From: an uncultured Verrucomicrobiota bacterium | GTDB taxonomy: Bacteria; Verrucomicrobiota; Verrucomicrobiia; Limisphaerales; UBA8199 | Assembly (NCBI GenBank): GCA_903873945.1 | Contig: CAIQQM010000227.1 | Location: forward strand, 781 to 64,780 | DNA: 64,000 bases | Reading direction: 5' to 3' | In this document: piece after piece, positions 38,389 to 48,122 of the stretch | How positions within the stretch are numbered: the first letter of the stretch is position 1 | Layout of the letters: each line of letters starts with the position of its first letter | Translations under genes and position numbers: made by a program | The notes under the pieces: model-generated | Told to the model about the DNA's origin: nothing | Seen by the model: the letters and a program-made list of their open reading frames with translations, nothing else | Databases searched by the model: none

Positions 38389-38848
38389 ATTGAATTACCT
38401 CAACCTTGCCTTCACCGAACAACCGATATGGTCCGGTGTACTTCAGCTTTTGCTCTTGATCTTTAATTATAACAATTTCTCTTTTGGTGGGCTTGCCAAA
38501 AGAAACCTTTTCACTTTCTTCTGGATTACTCGACACAGCATAAAACTTTAGAGAATGCTTCCCGGCGTCAAGTTTCACATCGGTATCACTTTGCTTGGAA
38601 ATGACCAGCGGAGAAGTGGAGTCGATTTTGATGGCATATTTTTCAACGGACATCTGGTAAGACGGTTGTCTACATTGAACTATTAACTTGCCAATATCCG
38701 CCCCTGGTGTTGATAGATCAAAACTAAATGCCTCGGTTTTCGGCGGAGCTGCAACTGACGCAGTTTTCTCCGCTATTAACGTAGAGACACACCCACATAA
38801 GGACATAAGCATCAGGCAGTTGATTAGTATAAGGAATTTCCGTTTCAT
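38387..38848 (-). CDS. Hypothetical lipoprotein encoded in a low-GC islet
   Basis: The internal ATG at 38848 gives MKRKFLILINCLMLMSLCGC (signal peptide plus lipobox-like LCGC). Hand-counted GC over 38401-38580 is about 41%, against about 60% in the flanks. Confidence 0.55.
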   Translation of the reverse strand: MKRKFLILINCLMLMSLCGCVSTLIAEKTASVAAPPKTEAFSFDLSTPGADIGKLIVQCRQPSYQMSVEKYAIKIDSTSPLVISKQSDTDVKLDAGKHSLKFYAVSSNPEESEKVSFGKPTKREIVIIKDQEQKLKYTGPYRLFGEGKVEVIQ

Positions 38849-39018
38849 TTTAATTTCTCCTCGGTTGTGGATTGAAGGTATAAAATGCCCACGACAAACG
38901 CAGACCTTTTTGTGATTTTGTTCCTGCTCCACAGATTTGCAAGTCCTTTTTCATTCCGCCCTCGTTTTTGGGTGACCGGAAAGCAACCCGAGACAGAGAA
39001 GAAGCATCCAATGTGTAT

Positions 39019-39071
39019 TCACCTGCGCAGCGTAAAATGTCGAGCGGCGCCCCAAAGCAATCTATCAATTT
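39019..39071. repeat. Direct repeat copy B (~53 nt) immediately 3' of the DUF799 gene
   Basis: tcacctgcgcagcgtaaaatgtcgagcggcgccccaaagcaatctatcaattt. See copy A at 38337..38388. Confidence 0.6.
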
Positions 39072-39715
39072 CAGTCGCTGCCGTGTTTGGGATGGTAGGG
39101 GCCTGGAAGTAATCCATGGTCCTTGACGGCAAATTGCGTGTTGGCCATGCGCGAAACGTTGTGGGCGTGGTCGGTTGATTTGTTGATCGCCTGCGTGACC
39201 ACGGCGACAATCAGGTCGCCGAAAATGTTGCCCGCCCCGCCAGAGTTATCCTGTGCCAGGAGCGTTCCCGCCCAAAGAAGCGTTCCAGTCCGCGTGTCCA
39301 CGAGCTTGGCCTCCGCCAAAACCGTGGTGGCACTGTTGATCACCTGGTACTTCGTCCCATATTGTTTGAGTGTGATGTAGAGGACCGCATCCGCTCCGAT
39401 AATCTCCCGGATCTTGTCCAAAGGCGCCTGATGCATTTCGCCGGCGCCCGGCATGCCGTTTTCCTTGCAGAAGTGGTCCACCACGGCAACCGGGAAAACA
39501 TAGTAGCCCATTTCCGCAACCGGCTGGGTTACGGTCGACAAGTAGCCGTAAGTGCCTCCGATGTCCGTGCTCTCGTTCAAGGGAGGCAGCACGAGGATGG
39601 AACGGGGAGGATGCGCCCTGAAGTTTGTGTAATCGTACGGCTTGGTGGCACAGCCCGCGAGGATCAACGCGAGCAGCGCGCCACACCGGACGGTTTGAAC
39701 GAACTGGATTCTCAT
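39071..39715 (-). CDS. DUF799-family lipoprotein (GNA1162-like)
   Basis: The internal ATG at 39715 gives MRIQFVQTVRCGALLALILAGCATKP (lipobox). PPRSILVLPPLNESTDIGG...YYVFPVAVVD...DAVLYITLKQYGTKY matches my recollection of DUF799. A 4-nt overlap with the upstream gene. Confidence 0.7.
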   Translation of the reverse strand: MRIQFVQTVRCGALLALILAGCATKPYDYTNFRAHPPRSILVLPPLNESTDIGGTYGYLSTVTQPVAEMGYYVFPVAVVDHFCKENGMPGAGEMHQAPLDKIREIIGADAVLYITLKQYGTKYQVINSATTVLAEAKLVDTRTGTLLWAGTLLAQDNSGGAGNIFGDLIVAVVTQAINKSTDHAHNVSRMANTQFAVKDHGLLPGPYHPKHGSD

Positions 39716-40056
39716 TTTGATGCAAGGTTGCCCAGCAGCCGGTCCATGAACACTCCGGATTCCGGGAATTGGGCTTTTTCGGTCTGGAACTCCTGTCGCG
39801 CCTGATCCGCCTTGCCCAACTGATAGTAGAGATATCCCAAGTGCGCGTGCCATCCCGGGGGAACCGGCCGGTTCTTCGACCGAGCTTTTTGGAAATCCTC
39901 CTCCAGCAGTTCCACTTGCCTTGCCGGGGGCATCTTGTCCGGCGCCGCATACATTGCGTAAACGACATCTTCGTAACGGCCCCACGAATACATAGTCGGG
40001 GTGGCGCAGCCTGCCAATAGCGCCAGCAAGGTCAGCAATGCGCCCGTCCGCAGCAT
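39712..40056 (-). CDS. DUF4810-like lipoprotein
   Basis: 114 aa. Lipobox LLAGCATPT, then YSWGRYEDVVYAMY...HAHLGYLYYQLGKADQARQEF, a TPR-like helical hairpin typical of the partner of DUF799/CsgG-like genes. Confidence 0.6.
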   Translation of the reverse strand: MLRTGALLTLLALLAGCATPTMYSWGRYEDVVYAMYAAPDKMPPARQVELLEEDFQKARSKNRPVPPGWHAHLGYLYYQLGKADQARQEFQTEKAQFPESGVFMDRLLGNLASK

Positions 40057-40057
40057 A

Positions 40058-40741
40058 TCAATCCTTCGCGGGTTTCCACTTTCCCTGTTCCACGGCTTCC
40101 ACCAGCCGATTGACCGCTTCGCGAATGGCGAGATCCAGCACCTTTCCGTTCAGCGTGGAATCGTAGCCCGCCGTTCCGCCAAACCCCATGACCTCGCGAT
40201 TGCTTAGTGCGTACTCCCCGGCGCCTTGTGCCGAGAAAACCACCTCCGAAGTGAGCACATCTACCACATTCAGGTTCACTTTGGAATAAGCCACTTGCTG
40301 CTTGCCGCTGCCCAGAATGCCGAACAACTGCACGTCGCCCGTTTCCTTGCGGCCAAATTCCGCGACGTCGCCTGTGATCGTAAAGTCTGCCCCTCTAAGC
40401 TTCTGTTGCTGCCCCTTGATGGAGGCCTCGCGCGCAGTTTCCTCCATGTTGTCCCGGTCCACCACCTTGAAACGTCCGGTTTGTTGCAGGTGGGTGATCA
40501 GGATGCCCTTCGCCTGCCCTCCGAGGCGATCCACTCCGTCGGAAAATAATCCCCGCATGTAGCTGGAACGGTTGTCGAATTTGCCAACCATCAGGGTGCT
40601 CTTCGGCCCCGAATACGCCGTGCCCGCCGAGGCCACCTGCTGCGGTTGCAGCGCCTGGTGGGATTCCGTCGCGCACCCGGCCAAAAAGGCGAGGATAGCC
40701 AGGATTGGAAATGAGTGCTTAATCGCAGGAGACAGTCTCAT
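40058..40741 (-). CDS. CsgG/HfaB-family outer-membrane lipoprotein
   Basis: The internal ATG at 40741 gives a signal peptide plus lipobox (FLAGCATES). LMVGKFDNRS...GGQAKGILITHLQQTGRFKVVDRDNMEE...FTITGDVAEFG is CsgG-like. Confidence 0.8.
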   Translation of the reverse strand: MRLSPAIKHSFPILAILAFLAGCATESHQALQPQQVASAGTAYSGPKSTLMVGKFDNRSSYMRGLFSDGVDRLGGQAKGILITHLQQTGRFKVVDRDNMEETAREASIKGQQQKLRGADFTITGDVAEFGRKETGDVQLFGILGSGKQQVAYSKVNLNVVDVLTSEVVFSAQGAGEYALSNREVMGFGGTAGYDSTLNGKVLDLAIREAVNRLVEAVEQGKWKPAKD

Positions 40742-41042
40742 AATTATATCCCTATTGCTGCCGAACACAGTTGCCGGGTAATACATGTTTACCTCGCTGG
40801 AAACATATCCAGTCGGCCTGATAAATGTCAACAGCTGCTATGCAGAACTTCCATGCTCACAAAATTGTGCAATCTCAAACAAGAGTTGGCGGGGCTGGCG
40901 ATAAAACTATTCAGCAATCGACCGAGCGGCGCCAAAAAGCAAATTCTTCATTCATTTATAATTAAGAACACCCACTTTCAGGCAGTGTTCAATCTGTGTT
41001 TTACATGTTGCCGGGCGATATTATCCTTCGGGTGATTGACCT

Positions 41043-42017
41043 ATGGCTGAGATGACATTTGAATGCCCCCGGTGCCAGCAACACATCTGTTGCGAAGAGG
41101 CATGGTCTGGACACGAAATCCAATGCCCCACCTGCAAGAACGCACTAAAGGTGCCCGCCAACCCGGCTGCCGCCGCCGCGGCCGGAGACCCGCTGGCGCC
41201 CAAGGTTTCCGCAGGAGGCACCAACCTCTCTCTCGGCCAGACCCAGCGTCCCGCGCCCCAGAATCGCAATATCCCCATCCGTAACATGGCGCCGCCGCCG
41301 CCCAGCAAGAAGAATCCGGTTCTCACCTATGGGGCGCCCATCGTCGTGCTGGTTGTGCTGGGTTTGGGTGGTTTTTTGGGCTACGGCTGGTACCAGCAAC
41401 GTCAGGCTAAAGCCCGCGAAGCGGAACAAAACGCCGCCGCAGCCGCAGCCCGGGCGCAGAACGTGAGCAACGAGCAGGCTGCCGCCGAGGCCGCCGCTCA
41501 AGCCGCGGCCAACGCGGTGCATCCGCCGGTTTGGACGCTCGACCTCGCCGCTGTCAAAACGCCCCAGGGCCGGGTCAATGGCATGGTCGCGGGCGCAGAC
41601 TTCCTGGCTGACGTTGTGCGGGTGGATCCGGTTGGCGGCGCCCAGGTGTTGCATTTCATTCAGGGCCAGATCGCTTCGCCCGACCGCTCCATCCTGGTCT
41701 ATCTTCATCTCAAACCCGGCGAGAAACTCGGCGGCCAGACGTTCGACATCTCCAGCGAGATGAAAGGCGCCGGCATCCCGCGAGTCACCAAACTCTGGAA
41801 ACCCACTGTGGTTTCCCCGCCGCAATTCAAGAATTTTTCCTCCGGCTACGCCCTCAAGTTGGAATTGGGAGAGATGACAAACGGCGTGGTGCCGGGAACC
41901 ATCTTTCTTGCCCTGCCCGATCCTGAGCAGAGCGTCATCGCGGGCGCCTTTCAAGCGGCAACGGAATCGGGCACGGCCGCGTCGAACGCCAGAACCAGGC
42001 ATACCAGGAAGCGTTAA
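41043..42017 (+). CDS. Hypothetical membrane protein with N-terminal zinc ribbon
   Basis: FECPRCQQHI...IQCPTCKNALKVP (CxxC...CxxC), an Ala/Pro-rich linker, one TM (IVVLVVLGLGGFLGYGWY) and a ~180-aa C-terminal domain of unknown family. Confidence 0.5.
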   Translation: MAEMTFECPRCQQHICCEEAWSGHEIQCPTCKNALKVPANPAAAAAAGDPLAPKVSAGGTNLSLGQTQRPAPQNRNIPIRNMAPPPPSKKNPVLTYGAPIVVLVVLGLGGFLGYGWYQQRQAKAREAEQNAAAAAARAQNVSNEQAAAEAAAQAAANAVHPPVWTLDLAAVKTPQGRVNGMVAGADFLADVVRVDPVGGAQVLHFIQGQIASPDRSILVYLHLKPGEKLGGQTFDISSEMKGAGIPRVTKLWKPTVVSPPQFKNFSSGYALKLELGEMTNGVVPGTIFLALPDPEQSVIAGAFQAATESGTAASNARTRHTRKR

Positions 42018-42049
42018 AACGGCGCCAGCGCGCCCCTCGCCATCAGCCC

Positions 42050-42979
42050 TCAAAACACCTGCGGCACACCTTCTTCGAGGATCTTGACCCGGTGGGTCAG
42101 GCTTTGCTCCCTTGCGACCAGGCGCAAGCGGCGCGGCGGTTCGTCCATGTCTTCAAACGAAAGCTTGAATGTGCCGAAATGCATCGGCACCAGCCATTGC
42201 GCCCGCAGGTCTTTAAACGCCTTGATCGCCTCCTCGGGTCCCATGTGCATATGGCGAAAGGACTCGGGTTGATAGGCGCCGATAGGCAGCAACGCGATCT
42301 CGGGCTCGCAAACTTTCCCGATTTCCTTGAAGCCATCGAAGTAGGCGCTGTCGCCTGCGTGGTAAATGCGCCGGCCCTGATGCTCCAGCACAAATCCGCC
42401 GTAGCCGCGGTGCAGGTCGCGCAGGATACGAGCGCCCCAGTGTTTGCAGGGCGTTAAAGTTACTTTCCAATTCCGGTGAGACAGGCTCTCCCACCATTCC
42501 AATTCCACCACACGCCCGAAGCCGAGGTTATACGCCAGGTCGCCCACGCCCCAAGGCATCACCCCAATCTTCGGATGCGGCAATCGCCGCAGGGTCGGCT
42601 TGTGAAAATGGTCGAAGTGCGCGTGAGTCAGCAGCACCAGATCGATTGGCGGCAGGTCTCCGATTTTCAACCCGGCGCGCTTGATCCGCTTCAGCAGGAA
42701 AAGCCAGTTAGCGAAGTTGGGATCGATGAGCACATTCAGGTCCGTAAACTGCACCAGGAACGATGCGTGCCCGATCCAGGTGATTGCGACCTGGCCATAA
42801 TTGAGTTTGGGAAACGCGGGCAGGCGGTGCTGGCCAGTCCGCCGCGTGAGCAGGGCTTTCCAAATCATCTCGCGGAAAAAGGTGCGGGGATTGAAATGCT
42901 TTGCCGGGGTAAAATCCTTGAACGAGCGCGGGAGCCTTCGGCGCGGCTGGACTGGACGGCAGGGAGCGTGCTTTGTCAT
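42050..42979 (-). CDS. MBL-fold metallo-hydrolase (NAPE-PLD-like)
   Basis: ITWIGHASFLVQF...VLIDPNF...LLTHAHFDHF motifs. Confidence 0.8.
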   Translation of the reverse strand: MTKHAPCRPVQPRRRLPRSFKDFTPAKHFNPRTFFREMIWKALLTRRTGQHRLPAFPKLNYGQVAITWIGHASFLVQFTDLNVLIDPNFANWLFLLKRIKRAGLKIGDLPPIDLVLLTHAHFDHFHKPTLRRLPHPKIGVMPWGVGDLAYNLGFGRVVELEWWESLSHRNWKVTLTPCKHWGARILRDLHRGYGGFVLEHQGRRIYHAGDSAYFDGFKEIGKVCEPEIALLPIGAYQPESFRHMHMGPEEAIKAFKDLRAQWLVPMHFGTFKLSFEDMDEPPRRLRLVAREQSLTHRVKILEEGVPQVF

Positions 42980-43184
42980 AACTCTTTGCCCAGATTACCT
43001 ATACCGCACTTCGAATGAAATTCAATTGGCCGTGTCCCGCCGATGTGGGTTATGTTGCGCCGCGAAAGGCAGATTCAGCAAAGCACAGGTTTTAGAAGAG
43101 AATTTTCGATCCGGGCAGGAACTGAAGCACCCGGTTGCCATTGGCCGGCGAGAATCCTGATTCCGAGATGACTTTGAGCAAAAA

Positions 43185-43763
43185 ATGAAATCATTCGACA
43201 AACAATTAGGCGCGTTCTTGCGCAAACAACCGACTCTCGCCAAAGGTGTTTACATCGCCAGCGGGGCCGTCGTCCTGGGTGATGTCACTTTGGGCGAAAG
43301 TTCGAGTGTCTGGTATGGCGCGGTTCTGCGGGGCGATATCAACCGGATCATCGTCGGCCATCATACCAACATTCAGGACAACGCGGTTCTGCATCTCGCC
43401 GATGACTTTCCTTGCATTCTTGGCAATTACGTTACGGTTGGTCATGCGGCAATCCTGCACGCCTGCACCATTGGCGACGAGGTTCTTGTGGGCATGGGCG
43501 CAACCGTTCTTGACGGCGCGGTTGTCGGAAAACAATCCATCATCGGCGCGAATGCTCTGGTGATTCAGGGCATGAAAATTCCGCCCGGCTCGCTGGTGCT
43601 GGGCGCCCCGGCAAAAATAGTGCGCGCGTTGACGGCAACCGAGCGAGCGGACCTGAGGGGCTGGGCGGATAAATACGTCCACTACACCGCCTATTGTCTG
43701 CGGCATGGGATCAATGTTTCAAAGCCCTTGCCGACCTGCGGCAAACGCCAGAGCCATAAATAA
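43185..43763 (+). CDS. Gamma-carbonic-anhydrase-like left-handed beta-helix protein (YrdA/PaaY type)
   Basis: Hexapeptide repeats, [30 protein letters not shown] signature. Confidence 0.85.
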   Translation: MKSFDKQLGAFLRKQPTLAKGVYIASGAVVLGDVTLGESSSVWYGAVLRGDINRIIVGHHTNIQDNAVLHLADDFPCILGNYVTVGHAAILHACTIGDEVLVGMGATVLDGAVVGKQSIIGANALVIQGMKIPPGSLVLGAPAKIVRALTATERADLRGWADKYVHYTAYCLRHGINVSKPLPTCGKRQSHK

Positions 43764-43884
43764 AACCCCACCGTCCCGGAATCGTCAGACCCGGATTGCC
43801 TTCGGCGAAATCCCCGGCTCGCGGCCTCATCCCGCAAGAATTCCCTTTTTCTCAACCCGGGATTCGTATTCTATGGAGCGAGAT

Positions 43885-44223
43885 ATGAGCCAGACACATC
43901 CTTTGACCACAACGACATTTGAATTGCCGGGTTACCGGGTCGTCAAATCCTTCGGTGTCGTGCGCGGCATCATCGTCCGCTCCCGGTCGATCGTGGGCAA
44001 TTTCGCCGCAGGCATTCAGAGCATATTCGGCGGGAACATCTCGCTGTACACATCGCTCTGCGAACGGGCGCGCGAAGATGCGTTCAATCAAATGATCACT
44101 CACGCCGGGGAGCTGGGCGCCAATGCCGTTGTCGGGGTTCGTTACGATGCCACAGAGATTTCGGCCGGGATCACTGAAGTCTTGTGCTATGGCACCGCTG
44201 TGCAGGTCGAACGCGCCGGCTAA
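43885..44223 (+). CDS. YbjQ-family (UPF0145) protein
   Basis: [27 protein letters not shown]...[11 protein letters not shown]. The start is at 43885 or 43873. Confidence 0.8.
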   Translation: MSQTHPLTTTTFELPGYRVVKSFGVVRGIIVRSRSIVGNFAAGIQSIFGGNISLYTSLCERAREDAFNQMITHAGELGANAVVGVRYDATEISAGITEVLCYGTAVQVERAG

Positions 44224-44297
44224 GCGAGGGCCGTCGAGGGCACAACCCATGCCGGCTCACGGCCTGACAGATTTTCATCGGGAACTGACAGCAAATT

Positions 44298-45026
44298 ATG
44301 TCCGGACACAGTAAATGGTCGAAGGTCAAGCACTTCAAAGGCGCCATTGATGCCAAGCGCGGGAAGATCTTTTCCAAGCTAAGCAAGGAAATCACCATTG
44401 CGGCCAAGCTCGGCGGCGGGGATCCGGGCATGAATCCCAGGCTGCGGATGGTCTTATTCAAATGCCGCGGCGCAAACATGCCGAGCGACAACATCGACCG
44501 GGCCATTAAAAAGGGCGCTGGCGGCGGCGAAGCGGCAAACTTCGAGGACCTGACTTACGAGATTTACGGGCCCCATGGTGTGGCCTTGCTGGTCGAGGTG
44601 AGCACAGACAACCGCAACCGCACCGCCTCCGAAATTCGCAGTATTGTCACCAAAAGCGGCGGCACGATCGCCACCGCCGGATCCGTTACCCGGTTTTTTC
44701 ACCGCAAGGGGCAGATCATCATTTCACGCGCCGCGGCCAACGAAGACCAGTTGATGGAAGTCGCCCTCGACGCGGGGGCGGAGGATTTCAAAGCCGAACC
44801 GCAGGGATATGAAATCATCACCGACCCCGCCCATTTTGAGGCTGTCCACAAGCAAATTGAGGCCAAAGGCATCAAAGCGGACGTCGCCGGCATTACCGAA
44901 TTGCCCACCATCACCGTTCCGTTGCCCGATGAGCACACCATTACGTCGGTCAATAAGCTGATTGATGCTCTCGAAGACCACGATGACGTCAAAGACGTTT
45001 ATTCGAATGCCGAATTTCCCGACTAG
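44298..45026 (+). CDS. yebC: YebC/PmpR-family transcriptional regulator
   Basis: The MSGHSKWSKVKHFKGAIDAKRGKIFSKL N-terminus is diagnostic. 242 aa. Confidence 0.9.
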   Translation: MSGHSKWSKVKHFKGAIDAKRGKIFSKLSKEITIAAKLGGGDPGMNPRLRMVLFKCRGANMPSDNIDRAIKKGAGGGEAANFEDLTYEIYGPHGVALLVEVSTDNRNRTASEIRSIVTKSGGTIATAGSVTRFFHRKGQIIISRAAANEDQLMEVALDAGAEDFKAEPQGYEIITDPAHFEAVHKQIEAKGIKADVAGITELPTITVPLPDEHTITSVNKLIDALEDHDDVKDVYSNAEFPD

Positions 45027-45062
45027 AGACGAAGATCCACCGGTTCCGGGCCGCGCGCGCCA

Positions 45063-47894
45063 ATGAAGATTAAACAACTTACAGAGGACTCTCTAGTTGC
45101 GCGCTGGCTCACCGGGCTGACCCGGGCGATCCTGCGCTATCGGCGCGCGTTCCTGTACCCACAACTGGTCCTGTTCGTCCTTTGCATTCTTTACACCGTA
45201 AAGTTCCTTGAATTCGACGTCAGCCGCGACAACCTGGTCGGCTCCAACAAAAAATACCATCAGAATTTCCTCCGGTTCAAAAAGGAATTTCCCACCCAGG
45301 ACGACCTGGTAGTTGTCGTCGAGAGCGAGAGTCCGGAGAAAAACCGCCAGTTTGTCGAACGGTTGGGAGCAAAGCTCGACGGTGAACCCAATCTTTTCCA
45401 CGACGTTTTTTACAAGGGCGATTTGAAAATGCTGGGTTCAAAGGCGCTGTTATTCGTGCCGGAGGATGATTTGGCCGAGCTAAAAAAGACACTTGAGGAT
45501 TATCGTCCTTTTATCGCGCAATTCACCCGCGCGACCAACCTGATGTCCCTTTTTGACATGATCAACGCGCAGTTCCGTACCGCCAAACGGGAGCAGAACG
45601 CGCAAAATGATTCCCTCGTCAAAGCGTTGCCGGCACTCGAACGCATCGTAAATCAAGCGAAGGACTGTTTGCTCCGACCGGGCACGCCCCCGTCGCCCGG
45701 AGTCACGGCCCTATTCAATCCCGATGAAGACGCCGAGCAGCAGATTTACATCACTTTTGCCGGCGGCCGCATTTACCTGGTGACGGCTCAGGCGCCACGT
45801 GAAGAGCTGAACTCTGCCGCGGTCGAGCGCTTGCGCGCGCTCGTGCAGGAAACCAAAGCGGAAGTGCCGGGGCTCAATGTTGGCCTGACAGGCGAACCGG
45901 TGCTGGAACACGACGAAATGGCACAATCGCAAAGAGACACAACCGTGGCTGCCATTGCTTCTTTGGTCATCTGTGCCCTGATCTTCATTTACGGCTACCA
46001 GGAAACCGGCCGGCCGGTGAAGGCGACCCTCTGTCTGATCGTCGGCCTGGCCTATACGCTGGCCTTCGCGACCCTCGTCATCGGTCACTTGAATATCCTG
46101 ACCATCACCTTCGTGCCGATCTTGATTGGCCTGGCGATTGACTACGGGGTCCATTTGATCTCCCGCTATGAGGAAGAGCTGCGTCACGGGAAAGGCGAGG
46201 AGGTTGCCCTGACCAAAGCCATGGTTTTCACCGGCAAGGGCATTGTCACGGGGGCTTTCACGACCGCCGGCGCCTTTCTCGCCATGGGCTTTACCAATTT
46301 CAAGGGCATTCAGGAAATGGGCATTATTTGTGGCGGAGGACTGCTTATCTGCCTTGTCCCAATGATGACCATGCTGCCGGTGCTGTTGCTTCGCGGACGG
46401 CAGAATGTCAGCAACCATATTCCGGGCGCTTTCGATGTCCGCCGGGCGCGCATCGAAAATTTTTGGCTGCAGCGGCCCTGGTGGGTCACCATTATCACGC
46501 TCGCCCTATGCGCACTCGCCGCCACTCAACTCCACAAGGTCTATTTCGATTACAACCTGCTGAATATGCAGAGCGCGGGTTTGCCAGCGGTGGAGTTTGA
46601 AAAGAAACTTATTTACGCGACCAATTCAGCCCCCGGCCTCGATGCCACCAACGCGCCGGCCAAGTCCGTTCTTTATGCGGCGGTTATTGCCACAAATCTC
46701 GAGCAGGCCATCAGCCTCGAACGGCAGATCACGAATCTTTCCGCGGTGGCAGGCGTTGAGTCCATGACCAAGTTCCTGGCTGAGGACCAAACCGTTAAGC
46801 TGGCTCGAGTTGGCGAGATCAAACAGACCCTCTCCTCAATAGACTTTCAGCTGCCCGATCCGCGCCCCGTCAACATTCTTGAACTGAGCGGCACGCTCTA
46901 TTCGTTATACGGCTACCTGGGCGCGGCTTGCGACGAGACACAAAAGGAAGAGCCGGCCCTGAACAAGCAGTTGCTTTCCTTGCGTGACGCCGTTGAAAAT
47001 TTACGCAAGGGAATGTTGCGGGGCGACTCTGCCACCCGGGAGGCCCATGCATTGAAGCTTGCCGATTTCCAGCAGGCACTTTTCGACGACCTTCGTGAAA
47101 CCTTTGATGCTTTGCAACACCAGGACAATCGCGCGCCTCTGCGCGTGAAGGATCTGCCCCAGGCTCTGCACGACCGGTTTATCGGTGTCACCGGCAAATA
47201 TCTGCTGATGGTTAGCCCCAAAAAAGATGCCTGGGACAGGCAGAATCAGAAGGAATTCATAGACCAGCTCACGCCGGTCTATCCAGAGGTCACAGGCACT
47301 CCCGTCCAGCTCTATTATTATACCGATCTGCTCAAGAGCAGCTACGAAGAAGCCGCACGCTGGTCTTTGGCTGCGATTGTCATTCTTGTTCTCCTCCACT
47401 TCCGCAGCCCACTCTGTGTCGTTTTGGCCCTCATGCCGGTCGCCGTGGGTTCGGTGTGGCTGGGTGGCCTCATGGCCTGGTTCAAAGTGCCCCTCAATCC
47501 GGCGAATATCATGACCCTTCCCCTTGTCATCGGCATCGGTGTCACCAACGGGATCCACATTCTCAACCGCTTTGCCGAAGAACAGACTCCCAGCATTTTT
47601 GCCCGCAGCACCGGCAAAGCGGTTCTCGTATCCGGGTTGACGGCCATTGCTGGTTTCGGCAGTCTTACTCTTGGCAAACATCGGGGAATTGAGAGCCTAG
47701 GTTATGTCATGGCCACCGGCCTTATGACCTGTATGATCGCCGCCTTAACTTTTCTGCCGGCGTTGTTGAATCTGTTGTCGAGAAAGAATGCGTTGAAGAG
47801 AGATGCCGGCGATGTAGAAAAATCGACCCAGTGCCGACAATGCACGATCGACACTGGGTCGGGAGGAACCGAGGCCGAAACCTCAAGTATGTGA
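45063..47894 (+). CDS. MMPL/RND-superfamily lipid transporter (HpnN-like)
   Basis: 943 aa. Two 6-TM bundles, each preceded by a large soluble loop. SSD-like segments (ITFVPILIGLAIDYGVHL, LPLVIGIGVTNGIHI). HpnN-likeness is from recollection of that family, not from a search. Confidence 0.75.
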   Translation: MKIKQLTEDSLVARWLTGLTRAILRYRRAFLYPQLVLFVLCILYTVKFLEFDVSRDNLVGSNKKYHQNFLRFKKEFPTQDDLVVVVESESPEKNRQFVERLGAKLDGEPNLFHDVFYKGDLKMLGSKALLFVPEDDLAELKKTLEDYRPFIAQFTRATNLMSLFDMINAQFRTAKREQNAQNDSLVKALPALERIVNQAKDCLLRPGTPPSPGVTALFNPDEDAEQQIYITFAGGRIYLVTAQAPREELNSAAVERLRALVQETKAEVPGLNVGLTGEPVLEHDEMAQSQRDTTVAAIASLVICALIFIYGYQETGRPVKATLCLIVGLAYTLAFATLVIGHLNILTITFVPILIGLAIDYGVHLISRYEEELRHGKGEEVALTKAMVFTGKGIVTGAFTTAGAFLAMGFTNFKGIQEMGIICGGGLLICLVPMMTMLPVLLLRGRQNVSNHIPGAFDVRRARIENFWLQRPWWVTIITLALCALAATQLHKVYFDYNLLNMQSAGLPAVEFEKKLIYATNSAPGLDATNAPAKSVLYAAVIATNLEQAISLERQITNLSAVAGVESMTKFLAEDQTVKLARVGEIKQTLSSIDFQLPDPRPVNILELSGTLYSLYGYLGAACDETQKEEPALNKQLLSLRDAVENLRKGMLRGDSATREAHALKLADFQQALFDDLRETFDALQHQDNRAPLRVKDLPQALHDRFIGVTGKYLLMVSPKKDAWDRQNQKEFIDQLTPVYPEVTGTPVQLYYYTDLLKSSYEEAARWSLAAIVILVLLHFRSPLCVVLALMPVAVGSVWLGGLMAWFKVPLNPANIMTLPLVIGIGVTNGIHILNRFAEEQTPSIFARSTGKAVLVSGLTAIAGFGSLTLGKHRGIESLGYVMATGLMTCMIAALTFLPALLNLLSRKNALKRDAGDVEKSTQCRQCTIDTGSGGTEAETSSM

Positions 47895-47919
47895 AAAGAT
47901 TAAAGCAATGCGATATAAT
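47891..47919 (+). promoter_or_regulatory. Possible sigma70-type promoter (GTGAAA-17 nt-TATAAT) ahead of the WP-repeat gene
   Basis: A perfect TATAAT at 47914-47919 in an AT-rich intergenic stretch. The -35 matches TTGACA at only 4 of 6 positions. Confidence 0.3.
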
Positions 47920-48122
47920 GTCAACATTTATGTTAAAAAGGCGAGTTTCAAACAAAAACGATAAATCGGTAACGTTATCGCTGGTGGTAGTGGCAACGTG
48001 AGAGGCCAATTTTTCGCAGCAACAACTTTTTTGTGGTCAATTCCCATTTAACTGTGGCAGGTACCGAAGATCGCTTTCGGGCAGGCACAAAAGAACCGCG
48101 CGGACGCGCCAGCTTGCTTGAA

